Positions 101,431 to 111,609 of a stretch of 248,000 nt of DNA are shown here, piece after piece. The DNA is from Hyalangium minutum. Its GTDB lineage: Bacteria; Myxococcota; Myxococcia; Myxococcales; Myxococcaceae. Position 1 is the stretch's first letter. Every line of letters starts with the position of its first letter. Where the stretch lies: positions 20,001 through 268,000 of the forward strand of contig NZ_JMCB01000013.1 of assembly GCF_000737315.1 (NCBI RefSeq), given 5' to 3'. The notes under the pieces are model-generated. The model was not told the DNA's origin. It did no database searches and saw only the letters and a list, made by a program, of their open reading frames with translations. The translations under genes and the position numbers were made by a program.

Positions 101431-103790
101431 CACTTGACCCTCCGCCCGATGCGCGCATCCTCGACCGCGTTCGCGATCGGCATGGCCGCTGGGTTCTGAC
101501 AGTAGCTGCGAAGCTGCGGCGTGATCGTGCCGCAGGTGGGGTTGGTGCCCGCCAGCGCATCCCGGCAGCTGCAGCGGCCGGTGTACGGGCCCGTCGGGAC
101601 GTTGCAGGTGCTCGCCAGCTGTTCGGCGGTGACACCACAGGAGTCCGCGGCGTCCGCTTTGCCCAGCGTCTGCAGGCAGGTGCAGCTGCCCACCTGCGTG
101701 TTCAGCGCGTTCTTGAACTCCTGGGCCGTCTTGCAGAAGCCCTTCGTCTGCTCGTCCACCACCCACTGGCCGTTGATCAGCGTGCCGCAGCGCTCACCCG
101801 TCTTGGACGTCTCTCGGCCCTCGTTGATGTCCTCGCAGGTGCAGAAGCCCTGCATGTAGCCGATGAGCGAGTCGCGCAGGGAGATGCCCGTCTCGATGCG
101901 GGTGGTGTTGCGCTTGAGCACCCGGAAGCCCGAGCCACCCTTGGCGATGTAGTCGTTGGTGGCGATGCGGTAGGTGCCGTTGGGATCCAGCGGCTTGCCG
102001 TTGATCTGGACGCCGGTGGCGGGGTGCGCCCAGCAGCGCGAGCCGTCCAGGTCCTCCAGGCACTGCCACGGGGCGTGGCCCTCTCGGCCATCCTTGGGGC
102101 AGTACTTCTCCACGCCGCCGTCGTTGGGATCGCAGGCGATGCGCAGATCATTGAGCTGCACCTGGGCGCAGTCCATGGTGAAGCGCGCGCCGGAGATCTG
102201 CGCCTGGCTGACGCAGCCGCGCTCGGCGGAGCGCTCGGCCACGAAGTCGAACATCTCCTGCATCTCCACGCCGGACAGGTACATGATGTTGATCGTGTTC
102301 TCGAAGGGGAACACGTTGAACATGGCCTCCTGCGTCACCACGCCCGCGTAGAGGTTGTCGCGGATGCCCAGCGAGTTGGTGATGGCCATCTCCGCCTCCA
102401 CGCGGCGGCGCTTGCGCATGGAGTCCGCCGCGATGTTGCCCAGCGGCGAGTCTCCACCGGTGGAGTTGTTGCGGCGGGCCACGTCCCGGGGCGCGTAGGA
102501 GAAGATGGACGTCAGCTGCAGGCTGGAGTCCATGGCGAGGATGTACTTCTGCAGCAGATCCGTGGTGCGCCGATCCTCCTGCTCACGGCACGCCTCGATG
102601 GCCGCGCGCACGTTGGGCTGGATGGCGAACTGACCCGGATCCCAGAAGTTCTGCGCGTAGTAGGCGCGCATGGCGTCGTCACACCAGAGCGAGTCCAGCG
102701 GGAAGGCGCGGTAGTCGTGGCTGACGAGCTCGGCGCCGTCCACGCTGTCCTCCGAGGGCACCTTCACCACCATGTCCAGGCGGCCCACGTACTTGGCGAA
102801 CGCGCCGGAGTGCACCAGGAGCACCTTGCGGCCGCTCGGGTCCGTGATGTTCTGCGGCGGGTTGAGCACCACGTGCAGGTGGCCGCCGAGGATCACGTCG
102901 ATGCCGGACACGCCGGGGATCTGCACGCGCACCACGGACTTGGGGTTGCCCTCCTCGCCGGACCACTCGAGGATCTTCCACGGGTTGTTCTCACGGTCGA
103001 TGAAGGGCTTGGCGCGCTCATACTCGTAGTAGGCCTCGTAGCCGAGCACCACCTGCTGGTCCTCGGTGAGGCCCAGGTGGCTGACGATGACGATGAGATC
103101 CGTCACCGGGCGCAGCAGGTCCACGTAGGCGCGCGCCGCCTCGTTCTGCTCCAGCGGGGTGGTCTGCAGGGAGTTGCCGCCCTCCACGATCGAGTTGAGC
103201 GAGGAGAGGTTGGCCATGCCGATGATGCCCACCCGCAGGCCCTTCACCATGCGGATGGTGTACGGAGCGGACACCTGGGCGGCACCGTTGTTACTCTCGG
103301 TGTCAGTGGGCACGTCCCAGTAGTAGTTGGCCGCCAGCAGCGGGAAGGTGGCGAAGTCCCGAGCCTTCTGCACGAAGTTTTGCGCGCCCGCGTCGAACTC
103401 GTGGTTGCCGATCACCGCGGCGTCCAGCCGCAGGTTCGACAGGAAGCGGAACTCCACCTCCCCCAGGTTCTGGTTGAAGATGGGAGCGCCCTGAAAGCAG
103501 TCGCCCGAGTCCAGGTGCAGCACGCGATCGCCCCGGTTGCGCTCGCGCTTGACGACCGCGGCAATGCGCGTGGCGCCTCCGAACGGGCCGGCCTCGGGGA
103601 TCAGCCCCAGGTCCGTGTCCGTCTTGAGCGGCGCGAAGTCATACGGGATGAGCCGCGAGTGGATGTCCGCAGTATGAAGGAGGGTGAGGCGGACTTCCTG
103701 TCCGGCGAGGTTGTACTCCTCGCCATCCAGAACTGGCATGCACGAGGCGAAGACCAGAGCGCAGAGGGGGCCGATCAGGGCACGACTCAT
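101430..103790 (-). CDS. 5'-nucleotidase/UDP-sugar hydrolase lipoprotein
   Basis: HTADIHS, DSGDCFQG, GNHEFD, GGHLH, NSLGIR. Confidence 0.92.
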   Translation of the reverse strand: MSRALIGPLCALVFASCMPVLDGEEYNLAGQEVRLTLLHTADIHSRLIPYDFAPLKTDTDLGLIPEAGPFGGATRIAAVVKRERNRGDRVLHLDSGDCFQGAPIFNQNLGEVEFRFLSNLRLDAAVIGNHEFDAGAQNFVQKARDFATFPLLAANYYWDVPTDTESNNGAAQVSAPYTIRMVKGLRVGIIGMANLSSLNSIVEGGNSLQTTPLEQNEAARAYVDLLRPVTDLIVIVSHLGLTEDQQVVLGYEAYYEYERAKPFIDRENNPWKILEWSGEEGNPKSVVRVQIPGVSGIDVILGGHLHVVLNPPQNITDPSGRKVLLVHSGAFAKYVGRLDMVVKVPSEDSVDGAELVSHDYRAFPLDSLWCDDAMRAYYAQNFWDPGQFAIQPNVRAAIEACREQEDRRTTDLLQKYILAMDSSLQLTSIFSYAPRDVARRNNSTGGDSPLGNIAADSMRKRRRVEAEMAITNSLGIRDNLYAGVVTQEAMFNVFPFENTINIMYLSGVEMQEMFDFVAERSAERGCVSQAQISGARFTMDCAQVQLNDLRIACDPNDGGVEKYCPKDGREGHAPWQCLEDLDGSRCWAHPATGVQINGKPLDPNGTYRIATNDYIAKGGSGFRVLKRNTTRIETGISLRDSLIGYMQGFCTCEDINEGRETSKTGERCGTLINGQWVVDEQTKGFCKTAQEFKNALNTQVGSCTCLQTLGKADAADSCGVTAEQLASTCNVPTGPYTGRCSCRDALAGTNPTCGTITPQLRSYCQNPAAMPIANAVEDARIGRRVK

Positions 103791-103910
103791 CAGGTGGTTC
103801 CGGGGGGCTTGCGTGAAGGGGACTCAGCGGGAGACGCCGCAAGGTACGAGATCAGGGAATCACGGGCAAGCGACCCGGGAGCCCCGAAATAATCCACCAG
103901 GGAGGCAGGC

Positions 103911-104582
103911 ATGTCGGGCAAGCAGACAACCGTGACGGATATCGAGATCATCGAGGATTTCTCGGCTACCGCCCGCTGTGACGAGGGGTTCTTGAGGCTC
104001 CGGAGGCTCCGGTGCCAGAACCGGCGGGAGGATGGATCCGTCTCGCCGGTGTATCGGGTGGACGTGGTGGATAGGCCCCGGCTGGACGCCGTGGCGGTGC
104101 TCGTCTACCGCCGCAGTGCGTCGGGCCTCGAGGTGCTCACCCGGAAGAACCTCCGGCCCGCCGCGTACTTCCGCAAGGGCAAGGAGATGGTGGTGCCGGA
104201 TCCGGTGAGCTACCTGCTCGTGGAGGAGCTCGTCGCCGGCGTCATGGAACTGGAGGACAAGGGCGAGGAGGGGGTGCGGCGCCGGGCGGTGGAGGAGGTG
104301 CGCGAGGAGGCCGGCTATGAGGTGAAGCCCGAGGAGATCCGCTTGCTCGGTGGGGGCTTCTTCGTGGCGCCGGGCATCCTGTCGGAGAAGGTGTTCCCCA
104401 CGGCGGTGGACGTGACGGGCAAGGAGGCCCATGAGCCGGAAGGGGATGGCTCTCCTTTAGAGGAGGGGACGCGGCTGCAGTGGCGCCCGCTGCCCGAGGT
104501 GCTCGCCGCTTGCCGCCGGGGGGAGGTGCCGGATGCGAAGCTGGAGATCTCCATCACCCGCCTGCTGGCCGAGCAGCCATAG
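103911..104582 (+). CDS. NUDIX hydrolase (ADP-ribose pyrophosphatase-like)
   Basis: AG...A.EEVREEAGY Nudix box. Confidence 0.85.
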   Translation: MSGKQTTVTDIEIIEDFSATARCDEGFLRLRRLRCQNRREDGSVSPVYRVDVVDRPRLDAVAVLVYRRSASGLEVLTRKNLRPAAYFRKGKEMVVPDPVSYLLVEELVAGVMELEDKGEEGVRRRAVEEVREEAGYEVKPEEIRLLGGGFFVAPGILSEKVFPTAVDVTGKEAHEPEGDGSPLEEGTRLQWRPLPEVLAACRRGEVPDAKLEISITRLLAEQP

Positions 104583-104665
104583 CTCACCGCCCGGGTTGGC
104601 CGCCAGGATGGGACCGGATAGGGTGCGCGAGCCGTTTCCGTTCCGCTCCGCCGAGGTCCTTCCGC

Positions 104666-106126
104666 ATGTCGTCGATGCCCGCGTGGCTGCAACAGTTGTT
104701 GCCGATCTTGATCCTGCTGGCAGCGATCTCCCTGGTGATCGCGCGCCTGCCCAAGGTCGAGCTCGGGCACACGGAGGCCTTCAAGCGCCGCCGCTTCCTC
104801 AACTGGTTCCCGCTGGGCATGACGTACGCGTTCCTCTACATGGGGCGCTACAACCTCAACGAGGCCACCAGCGCGCTGGGCAGCCGCACCTCGAACGCGG
104901 ACTTCGGCACCATCTTCGCCTGGGGCACGATCGTCTACGGCGTGGCGTTCTTGCTCAACGGCCCGCTGACGGACAGGTGGGGCGGGCGCCGGACGATCTT
105001 GATCTCGGCGGCGGGCTCCTCGGTGTGCAACGTGCTGATGGGCCTCGTGGTGCACGCCGTGCTGACGCAGGACTGGCAGCCTCCCGGCGGGCTGGTGGGG
105101 ACGCTGTCCGTGCTCTACGCGGTGAACATGTACTTCCAGAGCTTTGGCGCGGTCTCCATCGTCAAGGTGAACGCGGCGTGGTTCCACCTGCGCGAGCGCG
105201 GGACGCTGGGAGGCGTGTTCGGCATCCTCATCTCGCTGGGCGTCTACTTCGCCTATGACTGGAGCCGGATGATCACCCGTGCGGCTCCGACGTACTGGGT
105301 GTTCTTCATCCCCGCGGCCATCCTCGCCGCCTTCGTGGTGCTGGACTTCTTCATCATCCGCGACACGCCGAGCGATACGGGCCACCCGGACTTCGACACC
105401 GCGGATGCGTCCTCGGGAGAGACGGGCCCCCGGCTCGGGGCATTCGAGGTGCTGGGCAAGATGCTCCGCAACCCCGTCATCATCGTCATCCTGCTGATCG
105501 AGTTCTGCAGCGGCTACATGCGCAACGCCATCATGCAGTGGTACCCCAAGCTGGCGAAGGGCATCGGCATGGGCGACAGCTTCGTCGCGTCCAACTGGGG
105601 CATGCTGCTGTGCGTGGCCGGCATCACCGGAGGCATGTTCGCCGGCATCATCTCCGACAAGATCTTCGACTCTCGGCGCGGGCCCGTATCGGCGGTGCTC
105701 TATGGTGGGATGACGCTGGGCGCCGTGGCCACGCTCTTCCTGCTGAACACCCCGCTGCTGGGGTGGACGGTCATCTTCATGTCGCTGTGCGTCATCGGCG
105801 TGCACGGCATGCTGTCGGGTACCGCCAGCATGGACTTCGGCGGCAAGAAGAACGCGGGAGTGGCGGTGGGCATCATCGACGGCGCCGTCTACGCGGGCAC
105901 CGCCTTCCAGTCCGTGCTGCTCGGCAGGCTGTTGCCCTCGGGCGCGGCCGCCAAGGACATCAACAACTGGAGCAACTGGCCCATCGCCCTGGTGCCGCTG
106001 GCGGTGGCAGGGCTCGTGCTGGCCACTCGGGTGTGGAACGCCAAACCCCAGGCGAAGAAGGAGGCCGTTGCTGATCCAACGGCCCCCGTGGCCGCGCCGG
106101 CGCGTCGGACGGGCACCGAAGGGTAG
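104666..106126 (+). CDS. MFS transporter, OPA (GlpT/UhpT-like) family
   Basis: YMGRYNL, GPLTDRWG, WFHLRERG. Confidence 0.85.
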   Translation: MSSMPAWLQQLLPILILLAAISLVIARLPKVELGHTEAFKRRRFLNWFPLGMTYAFLYMGRYNLNEATSALGSRTSNADFGTIFAWGTIVYGVAFLLNGPLTDRWGGRRTILISAAGSSVCNVLMGLVVHAVLTQDWQPPGGLVGTLSVLYAVNMYFQSFGAVSIVKVNAAWFHLRERGTLGGVFGILISLGVYFAYDWSRMITRAAPTYWVFFIPAAILAAFVVLDFFIIRDTPSDTGHPDFDTADASSGETGPRLGAFEVLGKMLRNPVIIVILLIEFCSGYMRNAIMQWYPKLAKGIGMGDSFVASNWGMLLCVAGITGGMFAGIISDKIFDSRRGPVSAVLYGGMTLGAVATLFLLNTPLLGWTVIFMSLCVIGVHGMLSGTASMDFGGKKNAGVAVGIIDGAVYAGTAFQSVLLGRLLPSGAAAKDINNWSNWPIALVPLAVAGLVLATRVWNAKPQAKKEAVADPTAPVAAPARRTGTEG

Positions 106127-106214
106127 TGCCGGAGGGAGGGAGCGCGTTCAGGGGCGGACGGCTGCGAGGCCCGAGCGATTTCAGTGTGACGGGGTTGTGA
106201 CGTAAAATGCCTGC

Positions 106215-107792
106215 GTGCCCTCGGAATCCGCCCCGCTGCTTCAGAACCGGTTGGAAGTCCACGACCGGAAGCAGTTCGAGATCAAGCTCGAGTACCAGCC
106301 GTCGGGCGCCGACGACGAGACGCGCTATCTCGTCGAGATGTTCCTGTTCCTGCCGAACAGCCTGAACATCGACGCGGAGACGTACCCGCGGGCGGACTTC
106401 TACGCGGACATCCACAACTACGTGCGCTTCACCACGCCGGTGATGAGCCTGGAGGAGCTGCTGGTGGTGGAGGGCTCGCCGCTGATGCGGCTCGAGGCGT
106501 GGCTGAGGACGGGGCTGCCCACGGAGGCGGAGGTCGTCTACCAGGCCAAGCTCCTGTGCTGCATCTTCCGTGGGGCGCTGCGCCGCTTCGTGAAGCTGGT
106601 GGATGGGCGGTGCGAGCCGCCCAGCGCCGCCGGGCTGGGCGAGGCCGAGTACGCGGACCTGCAGCGGATCATCCTCCAGTCACAGGAATCCGTGGTGAAG
106701 GTGCTGGAGCGCTTCCGGGGCTGGCAGAAGGCCACGGGCGAGCTGAGGCTGCAGAAGAAGACGCGCGTCTCGCTGCGTCTGGTGGACGAGTACATGAGCC
106801 TCACGGTGGAGCAGTACTTCCGCAAGGCCGTGACGGAGATGGATGCGCTGCCGCGCTCGGGCGTCTACATCGAGCCGCGCAAGGCGCTGATGGCGGCGGT
106901 GATCCGCGAGGAGACGTACCGCAAGGAGAACCAGCTTCGCAGCGTGCTGAGCCCCACCGGTGACAACGAGGAGTACATGCACCGGATCGGGTTCCTGAAG
107001 AAGTTCTGCATGAACATCCTCTTCCTGGCGGCGCGGAGGAAGCAGAAGCGCCAGGGCTGGGAGGAGGTGCTGTTCGCGATCGCGGCGGGTTTGGCCATGG
107101 CCTTCGCCACGGCGGTGCTCTTCGTCGCGCAGAGGCAGGGAGGCGTCCCCCAGGAGAGCCTCAACTTCCTGCTGATCGCCGTGGTGGGCTACATGGTGAA
107201 GGACCGCATCAAGGAGGGGCTGCGCCGCTTCTTCAGCAAGTTCGCCTCGATGCACCTGTACGACCGGATGGCGGAGATCTTGGATCCGGTGACGAAGAAG
107301 TGCCTGGGCACGCTGGAGGAGCGCGTGGACTACGGCCGCACGGTGAAGGTGCCCAAGGAGATCGCCGAGCTGCGCTGCCTGGACGACTTCATCACCGTGT
107401 CCCAGGGCGAGCTGTCCGAGACGGTGCTCCGCTACCAGAAGGAGATCGTCCTGGACGCGGAGTTGCTGCCGAAGACGGACCGGCGGCTGACGGGCGTCAC
107501 GGACATCATCCGCTTCAACGTGGAGCGCTTCCTGCGCGATATGGACGACCCGGAGCTGGCGCTGGAGTACGTGGATCTGGAGGACTTCTCGGTGGGCCGG
107601 GTGAAGGGCGCCAAGAGCTACCAGGTGGATCTGGCGTTCCGCTTCACCACGGACGAGGCGGACCAGAAGAAGGTGTCCGTGCAGCTGGTGCGGCTGGTGC
107701 TGGATCGCAACGGCATCAAGCGCATGCTGCGCGTCGCGCCCGAGCAGACGGATCGGCCTCCGCACCCCGAGCCGTACCGCAAGGCGGCCTGA
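106215..107792 (+). CDS. Conserved hypothetical protein with two TM helices
   Basis: Long GC3-biased ORF. Confidence 0.7.
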   Translation: MPSESAPLLQNRLEVHDRKQFEIKLEYQPSGADDETRYLVEMFLFLPNSLNIDAETYPRADFYADIHNYVRFTTPVMSLEELLVVEGSPLMRLEAWLRTGLPTEAEVVYQAKLLCCIFRGALRRFVKLVDGRCEPPSAAGLGEAEYADLQRIILQSQESVVKVLERFRGWQKATGELRLQKKTRVSLRLVDEYMSLTVEQYFRKAVTEMDALPRSGVYIEPRKALMAAVIREETYRKENQLRSVLSPTGDNEEYMHRIGFLKKFCMNILFLAARRKQKRQGWEEVLFAIAAGLAMAFATAVLFVAQRQGGVPQESLNFLLIAVVGYMVKDRIKEGLRRFFSKFASMHLYDRMAEILDPVTKKCLGTLEERVDYGRTVKVPKEIAELRCLDDFITVSQGELSETVLRYQKEIVLDAELLPKTDRRLTGVTDIIRFNVERFLRDMDDPELALEYVDLEDFSVGRVKGAKSYQVDLAFRFTTDEADQKKVSVQLVRLVLDRNGIKRMLRVAPEQTDRPPHPEPYRKAA

Positions 107793-107805
107793 GAGGCACG
107801 TCGCC

Positions 107806-108267
107806 GTGTCCGAGGCGGATCGACAGCGGTGGAATGCCCGCTACCAGGAGCAGGCCGGGGGCTTGGAGCCGTCCCGGTTCCTTCAGTCGCTCTCGGACCG
107901 GCTGCCGAGCACGGGGCGGGCGCTCGAGGTGGCCGGTGGGCCGGGGCATGACGCCCTGTAGCTCGCGAGGCGTGGCCTGGATGTGACGCTCGTGGACATC
108001 TCGGACGTGGCGCTCGAGCGCGCCGCCGCGGCCGCGCGGCAGGCCGGTGTCCCTTTGCGTGTGGAGCGGGTGGACGTGGAGGAGGCGCCGCTTCCCCCCG
108101 GGCCCTACCAGCTCGTGCTGTGCATGAACTTCCTCTGGCGCCCGCTGTTCGAGGCAATTCCTCGGGTGCTCGAGCCCGGCGGGCTGTTCGTCTTTGCCCA
108201 GCCGACCCGGAGCAACCTCCAGCGGAACCCGCACCCCTCGGCCCGCTTTCTCCTGACTGGTGCGTGA
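107806..108267 (+). pseudogene. Class I SAM methyltransferase (TehB-like) with in-frame TAG and truncated C-terminus
   Basis: MSEADRQRWNARY...ALEVAGGPGHDAL*LARRG; TAG at 107959-107961. Confidence 0.7.
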
Positions 108268-108342
108268 CCTTCCTACACCCGGTGGAGTGAGCCGCATCAG
108301 GGGCACGTGCTAGGGTGCGCGCCTCGTTTAGGAGGAGTCTTC

Positions 108343-111087
108343 GTGTCACTTTGGAACTCGAACCGGCGGGCTGTCTCGCTCGCCGTCACAGTGTTGGCCT
108401 TGGGAGTGCTCGCGGCCTGTGGTGGCAGCGGAAACCCCGTCACCCCGGACCCGAACGCCAGTGCCGAGATCAAGGCCATGCTCCCGCAGGAGCTGGCGGT
108501 CTCGGATGTGGCCCGCGTCCACGTGGAAGCCCGTGGGCCTGGCATCCCCACGCCCGTTGGAATGGATCTGTCCCTGCAGGGCAGCACCTGGCAGGGCACC
108601 CTTCTCGCAATCCCCGCGGGGTTGGACCGCATCTTCGAGGCCAAGGCCTACGACGCGGCCGGGCTGTTGCTCTACGCCGGGCAAGCGGGGCCGATCACGA
108701 TCGCCTCGGGCAGCACGGTGAGCGTGGCCATCCTGCTCCAGCAGGTCAACCCGCCGCCTCCGTACCAGAACGTGCCGCCGACGATCGACTCGGTGGTGGT
108801 CTCCGCCAACCAGGTGTCGCCCGGTGGCACCATCACGCTGACGGCCACCGCGCATGACGAGAACGCGGGGGACACGATCACCTTCGCGTGGACGGCGACT
108901 GCGGGCTCCTTCAGCAATCCGTCTGCTTCCGCGACGAGCTGGGTGGCTCCGGCGGCCGAGGGCCCGCAGGTGCTGACCCTGGAGGTGACGGACTCGAAGG
109001 GGACGAGCGCCCGGCTGAGCGTCAACGTCAGCGTCCAGCGCCCCGGCGCGAGCGGCGATGCCAATGTGACGGTGGGCTTCAACACCTGGCCGAGGGTGAA
109101 CCAGATGCGGGCGACGCCGTCCATCCTCACGCTCAACGTCCCCGTGCAGCTCTCCGTCGTCGCCTCCGAGCCGGACGGCGACGCCCTGAGCTACACGTGG
109201 AGCGCGAACTGCCCGGGTCGCTTCGAGGACAGCCTCGTGGCCACGCCCCGGTTCACCTTGTTGTCGCAGCCTCCCCCCGGTCCTGTTTTTTGCACGCTCA
109301 CCGTCACCGTCTCGGATGGCCGGGGAGGCCAGACCACGGGCTCCTTATCGCTGCTGGCTGGGACCCCGTCGCAGGCCAACGTGGCGCCTCAGATCGACAG
109401 CACCTTCAAGAGCTCCGAGCAGGCGGGCGGTGGCGAGGTGGTGACGATGGGCCTCACCGCGCATGATCCCGAGTCCACGCCGCTGACCTTCTCCTGGACC
109501 GCGAGCCAGGGCTCCATCCTGGCCACCCGGGGTACCAGCACCGCGAGCGAGGTGGATTGGAGGGCGCCCGCGTGCCTCAATGGGCCGATCACCGTGACGG
109601 CGGCCATCGCGGATGCCTGGGGCGCCGTGACGCACCAGCAGTTCTCCATCGCCCCGCGCGCGGGCTCTTCGTGCGGCGCCCTGACGGTGTCAGGTATGCG
109701 CAACTCCTACCGCGTCCGGCCAGATGGCAGCACCCTCACGGTTCCGGTGAATCTGTCGGGTGTGACGCTGGGCGCGTGGGTGCCGAGCACGGATGGCGCG
109801 AGCTACACCTGGCGGCCGGGGAGCGGTGACGCCAGCGGCACGTTCATCATCCCCAACGTCGATCGCACGCCCTACCTGCTCCGGTTCGGGGGCTCGTACC
109901 TGTGGGCCCACAGCCGGATGCTCGATCTGAGCCGGGCCGACTTGGGCCGCCATGACACGGTGATCGAGCCGGAGACGACCCAGCTCCAGATGCAGGTTTC
110001 CGGGCTGAATCCCTGGCAGGGCGGCGATGACTTCCAGCTCAGCTCGGCGAGCACGGGCCTTGGCTACTTCTCGGCGACGAGCTGCTCCACTCCGTTCTTC
110101 CCGGAGGACCTCGACGGCGAGACCTCCTTCAACTTCACCATTGACTACCTGTACTCGATGCAGAACTGCGGGACTCCTGCGGCCCGGATCGACGCGTCTC
110201 GCGGGGACGTGCTGTATGCCACCCAGCTGGTGAGCCGCACGGATGCGGCCACGGGGATGACCTTCCAGGAGGTTCAGCGGAGCTTCCAGACGAACTCGCT
110301 GACGGGCCCGAATCCGAGCACGCTGCTGCTCAGCGGCACGCTGGCGCCGCTGCCGCTCGTGAGCCGGGTGGTGGACTACCGCGCCGCCTCGTTCGAGGCC
110401 CTGGCTCTGGCGGGGCACCCCTCCGCGACTGCGGGGACCACCACTCTGAACCTTGGGATCTTGCCGGGCTACGACCAGTTTGGCTCCTACGCGGGCTGGC
110501 CGGACCTGGTGCTGGCGACTTTCGGCGCGGGCCTGGGAGACGTTGCCCCCACGTTCACGTATGGCAATCCCTATCCTGCCAACTGGTCCCAGTTCATCAC
110601 GGCCCAGACCACCTCGCGGGTCCGTTACTCGGTGCCGCTGGAGGGCGGAGGCTCGTCCACGCCGCGCATCTACTCGGCGTATACGTACGCCCAGCAGCCC
110701 GTGGGGAACGGTCCGATCATCCCGCTGGTGGGGCCGCCTCGGGATCTGCGGCTCAATGGCGCGCTGGCTTGGGACGTCCTCACGGGTGTGGGCGAGACGC
110801 CGCTGATGAGCTGGACGGCTCCGAGCCTGGGAACTCCGACCTCGTACTCGGTGCGCGTGTATGAGCTCTACGCCACGAGCACGGGGAGTACCTCTCGGGT
110901 GACGGTGACGAACCTCGCGACGGACCAGACCCAGCTCCGGATGCCGCCCGGCGTGCTGGTGCCAGGCAAGCACTACCACCTCCAGGTGTCGGCGCTCTTC
111001 GAGCAGGGGACGGATCCGGGCAGGCCGTACATGCTCCGCCCGGTGTACCACACGGCGATGGCGGTGACGGGCCGCTTCCAGCCCTGA
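108343..111087 (+). CDS. Large lipoprotein with Ig/PKD-like repeats
   Basis: Lipobox LAAC; repeated A.D..GD.LT..W. Confidence 0.8.
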   Translation: MSLWNSNRRAVSLAVTVLALGVLAACGGSGNPVTPDPNASAEIKAMLPQELAVSDVARVHVEARGPGIPTPVGMDLSLQGSTWQGTLLAIPAGLDRIFEAKAYDAAGLLLYAGQAGPITIASGSTVSVAILLQQVNPPPPYQNVPPTIDSVVVSANQVSPGGTITLTATAHDENAGDTITFAWTATAGSFSNPSASATSWVAPAAEGPQVLTLEVTDSKGTSARLSVNVSVQRPGASGDANVTVGFNTWPRVNQMRATPSILTLNVPVQLSVVASEPDGDALSYTWSANCPGRFEDSLVATPRFTLLSQPPPGPVFCTLTVTVSDGRGGQTTGSLSLLAGTPSQANVAPQIDSTFKSSEQAGGGEVVTMGLTAHDPESTPLTFSWTASQGSILATRGTSTASEVDWRAPACLNGPITVTAAIADAWGAVTHQQFSIAPRAGSSCGALTVSGMRNSYRVRPDGSTLTVPVNLSGVTLGAWVPSTDGASYTWRPGSGDASGTFIIPNVDRTPYLLRFGGSYLWAHSRMLDLSRADLGRHDTVIEPETTQLQMQVSGLNPWQGGDDFQLSSASTGLGYFSATSCSTPFFPEDLDGETSFNFTIDYLYSMQNCGTPAARIDASRGDVLYATQLVSRTDAATGMTFQEVQRSFQTNSLTGPNPSTLLLSGTLAPLPLVSRVVDYRAASFEALALAGHPSATAGTTTLNLGILPGYDQFGSYAGWPDLVLATFGAGLGDVAPTFTYGNPYPANWSQFITAQTTSRVRYSVPLEGGGSSTPRIYSAYTYAQQPVGNGPIIPLVGPPRDLRLNGALAWDVLTGVGETPLMSWTAPSLGTPTSYSVRVYELYATSTGSTSRVTVTNLATDQTQLRMPPGVLVPGKHYHLQVSALFEQGTDPGRPYMLRPVYHTAMAVTGRFQP

Positions 111088-111108
111088 GCCGAGCCGTGCG
111101 GTGAATGC

Positions 111109-111606
111109 GTGAGAAGCCCCGGTGGCAGCAGTGCCGCCGGGGCTTTTTTCCTTCCTGGCTCCAGGGATTCCCTATGCTGCCGCCCGGGAGGTGCCGCCTT
111201 GCCGTTCTCCATCCGCCTGCCGGTGACCGCGCAGGATCTCGATGAGCTCCAGCACGTGAGCAACGTGGTCTACGTCCGGTGGATCCAGGACGTGGCCGTG
111301 GCTCACTCCGAGGCGGTGGGGTTGAGCTTGGAGGTCTACCGGCAGCTGGGCGCCGTCTTCGTGGTGCGCCGGCATGAGGTGGACTACCTGCGCCCGGCGC
111401 TCGCGGGAGACGAGGTGGAGGTGGAGACGCGCGTGGTGGCGAAGAGCCCCGTGACGGCGACGCGGCAGACCTTCATCCGGCGGGTGGCGGACGGGCAGGT
111501 GCTGGTCCAGGCCCAGACACAGTGGGCCTACGTGTCCACGTCCACCGGGAGGCCCGTGCGCATTCCGCCCGAAGTGACTCAGCGCTTCACGATCGAGCCC
111601 GTGTGA
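111109..111606 (+). CDS. Acyl-CoA thioesterase (true start probably about 111199)
   Basis: DLDELQHVSNVVY hot-dog motif. Confidence 0.85.
   Translation: MRSPGGSSAAGAFFLPGSRDSLCCRPGGAALPFSIRLPVTAQDLDELQHVSNVVYVRWIQDVAVAHSEAVGLSLEVYRQLGAVFVVRRHEVDYLRPALAGDEVEVETRVVAKSPVTATRQTFIRRVADGQVLVQAQTQWAYVSTSTGRPVRIPPEVTQRFTIEPV
111115..111149 (+). terminator. Intrinsic terminator
   Basis: AGCCCCGGTGGCA/TGCCGCCGGGGCT stem followed by T run. Confidence 0.75.
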
Positions 111607-111609
111607 GGG

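Noticed and set aside
107959-107961. Amber read-through (pyrrolysine) in the methyltransferase
   Set aside because: There are no pyl genes here and the gene is also truncated, so decay or a sequencing error is simpler.
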